From the human T2T-CHM13v2.0 reference genome, Homo sapiens, in the NCBI RefSeq assembly GCF_009914755.1, contig NC_060934.1: a DNA stretch of 64,000 nt; one strand, written 5' to 3'. This document shows, piece by piece, positions 1 to 16,300 of this stretch (its first letter is position 1; each line of letters begins with the position of its first letter). Made by a program: the position numbers and the translations under genes. The notes beneath the pieces were generated by a model, which worked only from the letters and a program-made list of their open reading frames with translations, was not told the origin of the DNA and made no database searches.

Positions 1-3000
1 TTCACCATAGGCCTCAGACTTCTAGGAAATACCCATTACAGATTCTAGAAATAGACCATTTCCAAACTGCTTAATGAAAAGAAAGCTTCGACTCTGTGAG
101 ATGAATGCACACATCACAAAGAAATTTCTCAGAAAGTTTCTGTCTTCTTTTTATGTGAAAATATTTCCTTTTTCACCATAGGACACAAACCTCCTAGAAA
201 TATCCCTTTGCAGATTCTACAAAAAATCTATTTCCAATCTGCTCAATCAAAAGAAAGGTACAACTCTGTGAGATGAATGCACATATCACAAAGAATTTTC
301 TGTGAATGCTTCTGCCTAGTTTTTATGTGAAGATATTTCCTTCTTCACCATAGGCCTCAAAGGGCTCCCTAACATCCCTCTTCAGATTCTACAAACAGAC
401 TGATTCCAAACAGCTCAATTGAAAGAAAGGTTCAACAGTGTGAGATGAATGCACACATCATAAAGAAGTTTCTCAGAAAGATTCAGTCTAGTTTTTATAT
501 GAAGATATTTCCTTTTTCAACATAGACCTCAGACCACTCAGAAACATCCCTTTGCAGATTCTACAAGAAGACTGTTTCCAAGCTGCTCAATCAAAAGAAA
601 TGTTAAACTCTGTGACATGAATGCACATATAACAAAGAAGTTTCTCAGACACTTCTGTCTAGTTCTTATGTGAAGATATTCCCTTTTTCACCATAGGTCT
701 AAAAGGGATCACTAATATCCCCTTGCAAATTTTACAAAAAAGACTGTTTCCTAACTGCCCAATCAAAAGAAAGGTTCAACTCTGTGAGTTGAATGTGCAC
801 ATCACAAAGAATTTCTCAGAAAACTTCTGTCTAGTTTTTTTGTGAAGATATTTCCTTTTTCACCATATGCCTCAAACCGCTCAGAAATATCCCTTTGCAG
901 ATTCTTTAAAAAGACTGTTTCTGAAATGCTCAATCAAAAGAAAGGTTCAACTCTGTGAGATGAATGCACACATCACAAAGAAGTTTCTCAGAAGGCTTCT
1001 GTCTAGTTATTATGTGAAGTTATTTCCTTTTTCATCATAGGCCTCAAAGGGGTCCTAAATATCCCCTTGCACATTCTAAAAAAACACTGTTTTCAAACTG
1101 CACAATGAAAAGAAAGGTACAACTCTGTCCGTTGAATGCAGACATCATAAATTACTTTCTGAGGAAGTTTCTGTCTAGTTTTTTTGGTGAAGATATTTGG
1201 TTTTTCAACATAGGCCTCAAACGGCTCAGAAATATCCCTTTGCAGATTATACAGAAAGACTTTTTCCAAATTCCTCAATCAAAAGAAAGGTTCAAATTTG
1301 GGAGTTGAATGCACACATCAAAAGAATTTTCTCAGAAAGATTCCGTCTAGTTTTTATGTAATGATATTTCCTTGTTCACCATAGGACTCAACCCCTCAGG
1401 AATATCCTTTTGCAGATTCCAGAAAAAGTCTGTTTCCAAACTGCTCAATCAAAAGAAAGCTTCGACTCTGTGAGATGAATGCACGCATCAAAATAGTTTT
1501 CTCTGAAAACTTCTGTCTAATTTTTATGTGAAGATATTTCGTTTTTCACTATAGGCCTCAAACCGTTCAGAATTATCCCTTTGCAGATGCTACAAAAAGA
1601 CTGTTTCCAAACTGTTCAATCAAAATAAATGTTCAACTTTGTGAGATTAATGCACACATCACAAATAATTTTCTGAGAAAGCTTCTGTCTGTTTTTTATG
1701 TGAAGATATTTCCTTTTTCACAATAGGCCTCAAAGGGCTCCCAGATATCCCTTTGCAGATTATTCAAAAAGACTGTTTCCAAACTGCTCAATCAAAAGTA
1801 AGGTTCAATTCTGTGAGACGAATGCACAGATCATAAGGAAGTTTCTCAGAAAGCTTCTGTGTAGTTTTTATATGAATATATTTCCTTTTTCACCATAGGC
1901 CTCAAACTGCTCAGATATATCCCTTTGCAGAATCTACAGAAAGACTTTTTCCAAATTTCTCAATCAAAAGAAAGTTTCAACTCTGTGAGATGAATGCACA
2001 TTACACAATGAAGTTTCTCAGAAATCTTCTGTCTAGATTTTAGGTGACCATATTTCCTTTTTCAACATATGCCTCAAAGGGCTCCCAAATGTCCTTTTGC
2101 AGATTGTACAAAAAGACTTTTTCCAAACTGCTTAGTCAAAAGATTTCAAGTCTGTGATTTGAATGCACACATCAAAAAGAAGTTTCTCAGAAAACTTCTG
2201 TCTAGTTTTTAGGTGAAGATATTCCCTATTTCTCCCTATGCCTTAATGGGATCCCAAATATCCCTTTGCAGATTCTGCAAATAGACGGTTTCCAAGCTGC
2301 TCAATCAAAAGAAAGTTTCAACTCTGTGAGATGAATGCAAACATCACAAGGAAGTTTCTCAGAAAGCTTCTGTCTAGTTTTTATGTGAAGATATTTCCTT
2401 TTTCACCACAGGCCTCAAGCCACTCAGAATCATCCCTTTGCAGATTCTGCACAAAGACTGTTTCCAAATTGCTCAATCAAAAGAAAGTTTCAACTCTGTA
2501 AGATGAATACACACATCACAAAGAAGTTTCTCAGAAATCTTCTGTCTAGTTTTTATGTGATGATATTTCCTTTTTCACCATAGGCCTCAAACTGCTCAGA
2601 AATATTGCTTTGCAGATTCCACAAAAAGACTATTTCCAATCTGCTCAATCAAAAGAAATGTTCAACTCTGTGAGATGAATGGACACATCACAGAGAATTT
2701 TCTGAGAAAGATTCGGTCTTGTTTTTAGGTGAAGATATTTCCTTTTTCACCATAGGCCTCAAACCACTCAGAAATATCCATTTGCAGATTCTATAAAACG
2801 ACTGTTTCCAAACTGCTCAATCAAAACTAAGTTTCAACTCTGTGACATGAATGCACACATCACGAAGAACTTACTCAGAAAGCTTCTGTCTAGTTTTGCT
2901 GTGAAGATATTCCCCTTTTCACCATAGGCCTCAAAGGGATATCCCCTTGCAGATTCTACAAAAAGACTGTCTCCAAAATGCTCAATCAAAAGAAAGCTTC

Positions 3001-4266
3001 AACTCTGTGAGATGAATGAACACATCACAAAGAATTTTCTGAGAAAGCTTCTGTCTTGTTTTTATGTGAAGATATTTCCTTTTTCACCATAGGCCTCAAA
3101 CTGCTCAGAAATATTGCTTTGCAGATTCTACAAAAAGACTGTTTCCAATCTTCTCAATCAAAAGAAATGTTCAACTCTGTGAGATGAATGGACACATCAC
3201 AAAGAATTTTCTGAGAAAGCTTCTGTCTTGTTTTTATGTGAAGATATTTCCTTTTTCACCATAGGCCTCAAACTGCTCAGAAATATTGCTTTGCAGATTC
3301 TACAAAAAGACTGTTTCTAATCTTCTCAATCAAAAGAAATGTTCAACTCTGTGAGATGAATGGACACATCACAAAGAATTTTCTGAGAAAGATTCTGTCT
3401 TGTTTTTATGTGAAGACTTTTCCTTTTTCACCATAGGCCTCAAACCACTCAGAAATATCCATTTGCAGATTCTATAAAACGACTGTTTCCAAACTGCTCA
3501 ATCAAAACTAAGTTTCAACTCTGTGACATGAATGCACACATCACGAGGAAATTACTCAGAAAGCTTCTGTCTAGTTTTGATGTGAAGATATTTTCCTTTA
3601 CACAATATGCTTCTAGCCACTCAGGAATATCCCTTTTCAGATTCTAGAAAGAGACTGTTTCCAAACTGCTCAATCAAAAAAAGTTTCAACTCTATGAGAT
3701 GAATTCACACATCACAAAGAAGTTTCTCAGAAAGCTTCTGTCTCTTTTATATGTGAAGATATTCCCTTTTCCACCATGGGCCACAAAGGGATCCCAAATA
3801 TCCCTTTGCAGATTCTAGAAAAAGACTGTTTCCAAACTGCTCAATCACAGAAAGTTTCAACTCTGTGAGATGAATGCAAACATCACAAAGAACTTTCTCA
3901 GAATATACCTGTCTGATTTTTATGTGAAGATATTTCCTTTTCCAGCATAGGCCTCAAATGGCTCCAAAATATCCCTTTGCAGATTCTACAGAAAGACTGT
4001 TCCCAAACTGCTCAATCAAAAGAAAAGTTCAAGTCTGTGAGTTGAATGCACACATCAAAAAGAAGTTTCTGCAGAAAGCTTCTGTCTCGTTTTTATGTGA
4101 ATATATTCCTTTTTTCACCCTACGCCTTAAAGGGATCCCAATTATCCCTTCACACATTCTACAAAAAGACTGGTTCCAAACTGCTCAATCAATGGAAAGA
4201 TTCAACCCTGTGAGATGAATGCACTCGTCATAAAGAAATTTCTCAGAAATCTTCTGTCTAGTTTTT
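1..4266 (-). repeat. Monomeric alpha satellite, family X (~25 monomers)
   Basis: ~171-bp recurrence of TCAACTCTGTGAGATGAATGCACACATCACAAAGAAGTTTCTCAGAAAGCTTCTGTCTAGTTTTTATGTGAAGATATTTCCTTTTTCACCATAGGCCTCAAA. Neighbouring monomers are divergent. No CENP-B box seen. Confidence 0.98.
4254..4266. repeat. L1 target-site duplication, left copy (CTGTCTAGTTTTT)
   Basis: Matches 10366-10378 (CTGTCTACTTTTT) at 12/13 positions. Satellite phase resumes correctly across the L1. Confidence 0.88.
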
Positions 4267-4478
4267 TTTTATTATTATACTTTAAGTTTTAGGGTACATG
4301 TGCTCAATGTGAACGTTTGTTACATATGTATACATGTGCCATGTTTGTGTGCTGCACCCATTAACTCGTCATTTAGAATTAGGTATGTCTCCAAATGCTA
4401 TCCCTCCCCATTCCCCCAGCCCCACAACAGTCCCCAGAGTGTGATGTTCCCATTCCTGTGTCCAGGTGTTCTCATTGT
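4262..4478 (-). other. L1 3'UTR with polypurine (G4-type) tract and poly(A) remnant
   Basis: Minus strand: GGGGACTGTTGTGGGGCTGGGGGAATGGGGAGGG (4402-4435). End reads TACCCTAAAACTTAAAGTATAATAATAAAAAAAAA; the A-run is only 9 nt and overlaps the TSD. Confidence 0.93.
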
Positions 4479-8291
<3,813 letters not shown>

Positions 8292-8354
8292 TATGATGTT
8301 AGCTGGTTATTTTGCTCGTTAGTTGATGCAGTTTCTTCCTAGCCTTGATGGTCT

Positions 8355-9369
8355 TTACATTTTGGCATGTTTTTGCTGTGGCTGGTCCCGGTTGTTCCTT
8401 TCCATCTTTAGTGCTTCCTTCAGGAGCTCTTTTAGGGCTGGCCTGGTGGTGACAAAATCTCTCAGCATTTGCTTGTCTGTAAAGTATTTTATTTCTCCTT
8501 CACTTACGAAGCTTAGTTTGGCTGGTTATGAAATTCTGGGTTGAAAATTCTTTTCTTTAAGAATGTTGAATATTAGCCCCCACTCTCTTCAGGCTTGTAG
8601 AGTTTCTGCTGAGAGATCCACTGTTAGTCTGATGGGCTTCCCTTTAAGGGTAACCCGACCTTTCTCTCTGGCTGCCCTTAACATTTTTTCCTTCATTTCA
8701 ACTTTGGTGAATCTGACAATTATGTGTCTTGGAGTTGCTCTTCTCAATGAATATCTTTGTGGTGTTCTCTGTATTTCCTGAATCTGAATGTTGGCCTGCC
8801 TTGCTAGATAGGGAAGTTCTCCTGGATAATATCCTGCAGAGTGTTTTCCAACTTGGTTCCATTCTCCCCATCACTTTCAGGTACACCAATGAGACGTAGA
8901 TTTGGCCTTTTCACATAGTCCCATATATCTTGGAGGCTTTGTTCATTTATTTTTATTATTTTTTCTCTAAACTTCCCTTCTTGCTTCATTTCATTCATTT
9001 CGTCTTCCATCACTGATACCCTTTCTTCCAGTTGATTACATCAGCTCCTGAGGATTCTGCATTCTTCAGGTAGTTCTTGAGCCTTGGCTTTCAGCTCCAT
9101 TAGCTCCTTTAAGGACTTCTCTGCATTGGCTATTCTAGGTATCCATTCATCTAATTTTTTTCAAAGTTTTTAACTTCTTTGCCGTTGGTTTGAATTTCTT
9201 CCTGTAGCTCAGAGTGGTTTGATCATCTGAAGCCTTCTTCTTTCAACTTGTCAAAGTCATTCTCTGTCCATCTTTGTTTTGTTGCTTGTGAGGAGCTGTG
9301 TCCCTTTGGAGGAGGAGAGGCACTCTGCTTTCTAGAGGTTCCAGTTTTTCTACTCTGTTTTTTCCCCAT
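8355..9369 (-). pseudogene. L1 ORF1p (RNA-binding chaperone), disrupted
   Basis: ATGGGGAAAAAACAGAGTAGA at 9369, native stop TAA at 8355-8357. Length 1015 bp is not a multiple of 3. In-frame TGA at 9041-9043 (CGA>TGA). Fragment ...WDYVKRPNLRLIGVPESDGENGTKLENTLQDIIQENFP at 8804-9013. Confidence 0.95.
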
Positions 9370-9498
9370 CTTTGTGGTTTTATCTACTTTTGGTCTTTGA
9401 TTATGGTGACGTACAGATGGGTTTTTGGGGTCGATGTCCTTTCTGTTTGTTAGTTTTCCTCCTAACAGACAGGACCCTCAGCTGCAGGTCTGTTGGAG

Positions 9499-9626
9499 TT
9501 TGCTAGAGGTCCACTCCAGACCCTGTTTGAATGGGTATCAGCAGCAGTGGCAGTAAAACAGCAGATATTGGTGAACTGCAAATGCTGTTGCCTGATCATT
9601 CCTCTGGATATTTTGTCTCAGAGGAG
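9499..9626 (-). promoter_or_regulatory. ~128-bp 5'UTR segment corresponding to the ZNF93-binding region deleted in younger L1s
   Basis: Extra 128 bp between TGTTGGAG (9491-9498) and TACCCAGCTGTGTGAGG (9627-), which are adjacent in L1HS. Contains GCAGCAGTGGCAG (9541-9553). Confidence 0.85.
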
Positions 9627-9945
9627 TACCCAGCTGTGTGAGGTGTCAGTCTGCCCCTACTTGGGTGTACCTCCCAGTTAGGCTGCTTGGGGTTCAGGGA
9701 CCAGCTTGAGGAGGCCATCTGCCTGTTCTCAGATATCCAGCTGCATGCTGAGAGAACCACTATTCCCTTAAAAGCTGTCAGACAGGGACATTTAAGACTG
9801 CAGAGGTTTCTGCAGTCTTTTTGTTTGTCTGTGCCCTGCCCCCAAAGGTGGAGCCTACAGAGGCAGAAAGGCCTTCTTGAGCTGTGGTGGGCTCCACCCT
9901 GTTCGAGCTTCCCGGCTGCTTTATTTACCTAATTAAGTGTGGGCA

Positions 9946-10131
9946 ATGACAGGCGCCCTTCCCTAAGCCTCGCTGTCACTTGCAGTTTGATCTGACTGCT
10001 GTGCTAGCAACCAGTGAGACTCCGTGGGCATAGGACCCTCTGAGCCAGGTGTGGGATATAACTTCCTGGTGTGCCGTTTTTTAAGGGCAGTGACCCAATT
10101 CTCAGGTGCAGTCTGTCAACCCTTTCTTTGA
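9946..10131 (+). pseudogene. L1 antisense ORF0 remnant
   Basis: GGGCAATG at the ORF0 start position reads M-T-G-A-L-P-stop (TAA 9964-9966). Native end CCTTTCTTTGA at 10121-10131. Confidence 0.75.
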
Positions 10132-10365
10132 CTAGGAAAGGGAACACCTTGACCCCTTGTGCTTCCCGAATGAGGCAATGCCTTGCCCTGCTTCAGCTCA
10201 CCAAGTTAAGCTGCAACCACTGTCCTGTACCCACTGTCTGGCACTCCCTAGTGAGATGAACGTGATACCTCAGATGGAAATTCAGAAATCACCCATCTTC
10301 TGCATCACTCATGATGGGAGCTTAGACTAGAGTTGTTCCTACACAGCCCTCTTGGCTCCAACTCC

Positions 10366-10378
10366 CTGTCTACTTTTT
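10366..10378. repeat. L1 target-site duplication, right copy (CTGTCTACTTTTT)
   Basis: Followed by AA, giving the canonical L1 endonuclease nick site TTTTT/AA. Confidence 0.88.
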
Positions 10379-13300
10379 AAACGAAGATATTTCCTTTTCC
10401 ACATAGGCCTCAAAGCACTCCAAATATCCCCTTGCATATTCCTCAAAAAGAGTGTTTCAAAACTGTTCAATCAAAAGAAAGGTTCAACTCTGTGAGATGA
10501 ATGCACATATTCCAATGAAGTTTCTCAGAAAGCTTCTGTCTGGTTTTTATTTGACGATATTTCCTTTTGCATCATTGGCCTCAAACCACTCAGAAATGTC
10601 CCTTTCCATATTCTACAAATAGACTGTTTCCAAACTGCTCAATCAAAAGAAAGTTTGAACTCTGTGAGTTGAATGCAAAAATCACAAAGAAGTTTCTGAG
10701 AATTCTTCTGTCTAGTTTTTAAGTGAAGTATTTCCTTTTTAACCACAGTCCTCAAACAGCTCTGAAATATCCCTTTGCAGATTCAAGAAAAAGACTTTCC
10801 AAACTGCACAATGAAAAGAAACGTTCAACTCTGTGAGATGAATGCATACATCACAAAGAAGTTTCTCAGAAAGCTTCTGTCTAGATTTTATGTGATGATA
10901 TTTATTTGCACACCATAGGCCTCAAACCATTCAGTAATACCACTTTGCAGATTCTAGAAAAAGACTGTTTCCAATCTGCTCAATCAAAAGAAAGTTTCAA
11001 CTCTGTGAGATGAATGCGCACATCACAAAGAAGTTCCTCAGAGTTGAGTGCACACATCACAAAGAAGTTTCTGAGAAATCTTCTGTCTAGTTTTTACGTG
11101 ATGATATTTCCTTTTCTGACATAGGCATCAAAAGGATCCCAAATATCCCTTTGCAGATTCTACAGAAAGACTGTTTCCAAACTGTTAAATCAAAAGAAAA
11201 GTTCAACTCTGTGAGTTGAATGCACACATCACAAAGAAGTTTCTCACAAAAATTCTGTTTGGTTTTTATGTGTAGATACTTCCTTTTACACTATAGGCCT
11301 CAAACCGCTCAGAAATATCCCCTGACAGATTCTATAAAAAATTGTATCCAAACTGCTCAATCAAAACAAAGCTTCAGGTATGTGAGATGAATGCACACAT
11401 CACAAAGAATTTTCTCAGAAAGCTTGTGTCTTTTTTTTATATGAAGATATTCCCTTTTTCACCATAGGCCTCAAAGAGATCTCAAATATCCCTTTGCAGA
11501 TTGTATAAAAAGACTGTTTCCAAATTGCTCAATCAAAAGAAAGTTCAACTCTGGGAGTTGAACACAAACAGCACAAGGAAGTTTCTCAGAAACCTTCTGT
11601 CTAGTTTTTATGTGAAGATGTTTCCTTTTTCACCATGGGCTTCAAACTGCTCAGAAATATTCCTTTGCATATGCTTGAAAAAGACGGTATCCAAGCTGCA
11701 CAATGAAAAGAAAGGTTCAACACTGTGAGATGAATGCACACATCACAAAGAAGTTTCTCAGAAAGCTTCCATCTAGTTTTTATGTGAGGATATTTCCCTG
11801 TTCACCATGGGCCTCATATCACTTGGGAACATTCCTTTGCAGATTCTGGAAAAAGATCGTTTCCGAACTGCTCCATCAAAAGAAAGTTTGATCTCTGAAA
11901 GACGAATGCACACATCACAAAGAAGTGTCTCAGAAAACTTCTGTCTAGTTTTTATGTGAAAATATTTCGTTTTTCTCCATAGTCCTCAAAACCGCTCAGA
12001 AATATCCCTTTGCAGATTCTACTAAAAGACTGTTTTGAAACTACTCAATCAAAAGAAAGGTTCAACTCTGTGAGATGAATGCACACATCACAAAGAATTT
12101 CCTGAGAAAGCATCTGTCTAGTTTCTATGTGAAGATATATCCCTTTTCAACATAGGCCTCAAAGGGCTCCCAAATATCCCTTTGCAGATTCTGCAGAAAA
12201 ACGGTTTCCAAACTACTCAATCAAAGGAAAAGTTCAACTCTATGAGATGAATGCAAACATCATAAAGAAGTTTCTCAGAAAACTTCTATCCAGTTTTATA
12301 GGAAGATATTTCCTTTTTCACCATAGGTCTCAAAACGCTCAGAAACATCCCTTTGCTGATGTAAAAAAAGACTGCTTCCAAACAGCTCAATCAAAAGAAA
12401 GGTTCATCTGTGTGAGATGAATGCACATATCACAAAGAAGTTTCTCAGAAAGCGTGTGTCTAGTTTTTACTTGAAGATATTCCTTTTTTCACCATAGCCC
12501 TCAAAGGGATCCGAAATATCCATATGCAGATTCTATAAAAAGACTATTCCAAACAGCTCAATCAAAAGAAAGGTTCGAATTTGTGGGTTGAATGCACACA
12601 TCATAAAGAAGGTTCTCATTAAGTTTCTCTCTAGTTTTTATGTGAAGATATTTCCTTTTTCATCATTGGTCCCAAACCGCTCAGAAATATCCCTTTGCAG
12701 ATAGTAGAGAAAGACTGTTTGCAAACTGCTCAATCAAAAGTAAGGTTCAACTCTGTGAGAAGAATGCACACAAAACAAAGAAGTTTCTCAGAAAACTTCT
12801 GTCTAGTTTTAATATGAAGATATTTCCTTTTTCACCACAAGCCTCAAACCACTCAGAAATATCCCTTTGGCAGATACTAGAAAAAAACTATATCCAAACT
12901 GCTCAATCAAAAGAAAGTTTCAACTCTGTGAGAAGAATGCACACATAACAAAGATGTTTCTCAGAAAGCTTCTGTCTAGTTTTAACGTGAAGATATTTCC
13001 TTTTCACCATAGGCCTCAAACCGCTCAGAAATATCCCTTTGCAGACTCTACAAGAAGACTGTTTCCAAACTGCTCAATCAAAAGAAAACTTCAACTCTGT
13101 GAGATGAATGCCCACATCACAAAGAATTTTCTGAGAAAGATTCTGTCTAGTTTCTATATGAAGATATTTCCTTTTTCATCTTAGGCCTCAAACCACTCAG
13201 AAATATCCCTTTGCAGATTCTAGAAAGAGACTGTTTCCAAACTGCTCAATCAAAGGAAAGGCTCAACTCTGTGAGATGAATGCACATACCACAAATAAGT

Positions 13301-16300
13301 TTCTCAGAGAGTTTGTGTCTGGTTTTTATGTGAACATATTTCTTTTTTCACCATAGGCCTCAAAACGCTCAAAAATATCCCTCTGCTGATTCTACACAAA
13401 GGTGGTTTCCAAACTGCTCCATCAAAAGAAACAACTTTCAACTCTGTAAGATGAATGCACGTATCTCAAAGAATATTCTGAGAAATTTTCTTACTAGTTT
13501 TTTGGTGAATATATTCCCTTTTTGACCACAGGCCTCAAAGGGCCCCTAAATATCCCTTTGCAGATTCTACAAAAAGACTGTTTCCAAGCTGCACAATCAA
13601 AAGAAGTGCTCAAGTCTGTGATTTGAATGTCCATAACAAAAAGAAGTTTCTCTGAAAGCTTTTGTCTAGTTTTTATGTGAAGCTATTCTCTTTTTCAAAG
13701 TAGTCCTTAAAGTGATCCCAACTATCCTTCTGCAGATTCTACAAAAAGACTGTTTCCAAACTGCTTAATCAATAGAAAGGTTCGACTCTGTGAGACGAAA
13801 GCACACATCATATAGATGTTTCTCAGAAAGCTTCTGTCTAGTTTTTATGTGAAGATAATCCCTTTTTCACCATAGGTCTCAAAACGCTCAGAAACATCCC
13901 TTTTGCAGATTCTACACAAAGACTCTTTCCAAACTGCTCAATCAAAAAAATATTCACCTCTGTGAGATGATTGCTCAGATCACAAAGAATTTTCTGAGAA
14001 AAATTCTGGCTAATTTTTTGTGAATATATTTCCTTTTTCACCACAGGCCTCAAAGGCCCCCTAAATATCCCTATGCAGGTTCCACAAAAAGACTGTTTCC
14101 AAACTACTCAATAAAAAGAAAGGTTCAACTCTGTGTGATGAATGCACTCATCACAAAGAAGTTTCTCAGGAAGCTTCTGTCTAGTTTTTATGTGAAGATA
14201 TTTCCTTTTTCACAATAGGCCTCAGACCGCTCAGAAATATCCATTTGCAGATTCTAGAAAAAGACTGTTTTCAAACTGCTCAATCAAAAGAAAAGTTCAA
14301 CTATATGACATGAATGCACACATCAAAAAGAAATTTCACAGAAAGCTTCTGTCTAGTTTTATGGGAAAATATTTCCTGTTACACCACAGGCCTCAGGCCA
14401 CTCAGAAATATCCCTTTGCAGATTCTACAAATAGACTGTATCCAAACTGCTCAATCAAAAGAAAGCTTCAACTCTGTGAGATGAATGAACACATCCCAAA
14501 GAAGTTTCTGAGAAAGTTTCTCTGTAGTTTTTATGTGAAGATATTCCCTTTTTAACCATAAGCCTCAAAGAGATACAAAATATCCCCTTGCAGATTCTAG
14601 AAAAAGACTGTGTCCAAACTGCTCAATCAAAAGAAAGCTTCATCTATGTGAGATGAATGCACACATCACAACGAAGTTTCTCGGAAAGTTTCTGTCTAGT
14701 TTTTACTTGACGATATATTCTTTTCACCATAGGCCTCAAACTGCTCAGAAATATCCCCTTTCAGATTCTTCAAAAAGACGTTTCCAAACTGCTCAATCAA
14801 AAGAAATGTTCAACTCTGTGAGATGAATGCACCCATTACTAATTATTTTCTGAGGAAGCTTCTTTCTAGTTGTTATGTGAAGATATTTCCTTATGGACAA
14901 CGGGTTCAAAATGTCACTTTGTAGATTCTACAAAAAGACTGTTTCAAAACTGCTCAATCAAAAGAAAGGTTCAACTCTGTAAGATGAATGCACACATCAC
15001 AAAGAAGCTTCTAAGAAAGCTTCTGTCTAGTTTTCATGTGAAGATATTTCCTTTTTCACCATAGACCTCAAAGGGATCCCAAATATCCATTTGCAGATTC
15101 TATAAAAGACTGTTTCCATACTGCTCAATCAAAAGAAAGTTTCAACTCTGTGAGATGAATGCACACATCATAATGAAGTTTCTCGGAAACCTTCGGTCTA
15201 GTTTTTATATGAAGAAATCTCTTTTTTTCCCCATAGGCCTTAAGGGGCTCCCAAATATCCCTTTGTGTATACCACTAAAAGACTGTTTCCAAACTGCTCA
15301 ATCAAAAGAAAAGTTCAACTCTGTGAGATGATTGCACAGAACATAAAGAAGTTTCTCAGAAAGCTTCTGTATATTTTTTATATGAAGATATAACTTTTTT
15401 CACCATAGGCCTCAAACCACTCAGAAATATCCCTTTGCAGATTATACAAAAGGACTGTTTCCAAACTGCTCAGTCACAAGAAAGGTTCAGCTATGTGAGA
15501 TGAAACCACACATCACAAATAAGTTCCTCAGAAAGCTCTTGTCTAGTTTTATGTGAGGATATTCCCTTTTTCACCTTAGGCCTAAAGAGATCCCAAATAT
15601 CCATTTGCAGATTCAGCAAAAAGACTGTGTCCAAACTGCTCAATCAAAAGAAGGTTCAACAGAGTGAGTTGAATGCACACATCACAAAGAAGTGTCTCAG
15701 ATAGCATCTGTCTAGTTTTTATGTGAAGATATTTCCTTTTTCACCACAGGTCTCAAACCGCTCTGAAATATCCCTTTGCAGATTATACAGGAAGACTGTT
15801 TCCAAGTTGCTCAATCAAAAGAAATCTTCAACTCTGTGAGATGAATGCACACATCACAAGGAATTTTCTGAGAAAGCTTCTTACTAGTTTTTTTTGTGAA
15901 TAAATTTCCTTTTTTACTATAGGCCTCAAATAGCTCCTAAATATTCTTTGCAGATTCTACAAAAAAACTGTTTCCAAACTGCTCAATCAAAATAAAGGTT
16001 CAAATCTGTGAGATGAGTGCACACATCACAAAGAAGTTTCTCAGAAAGCTCCTGTCTAGTTTTTATATGAAGATATTTCCTTTTACACCATGTGTCAAAG
16101 CACTCAGAAATATCCCTTGGCAGATTCTAGAAAAAGACTGTTTACAAACTGCTCAATCAAAAGAAAGGTTCAACTCTCTGAGATGAATGTGCACATCACA
16201 AAGAAGTTTGTCATAAAGCTTCCGTCTAGTTTTTCTGTGAAGATATTCCCTTTTTCAACATAGGCCACAAACAAGTCCCAAATATCCCTTTGCAGATTCT

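Larger units (their letters stand above)
9370..10365 (-). promoter_or_regulatory. L1 5'UTR internal sense/antisense promoter, degenerate
   Basis: Collinear with the primate L1PA 5'UTR. CpGs largely converted to TG/CA, YY1 core altered (CAAGAGGG for CAAGATGG), ~28-bp deletion near 10085. Confidence 0.9.
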
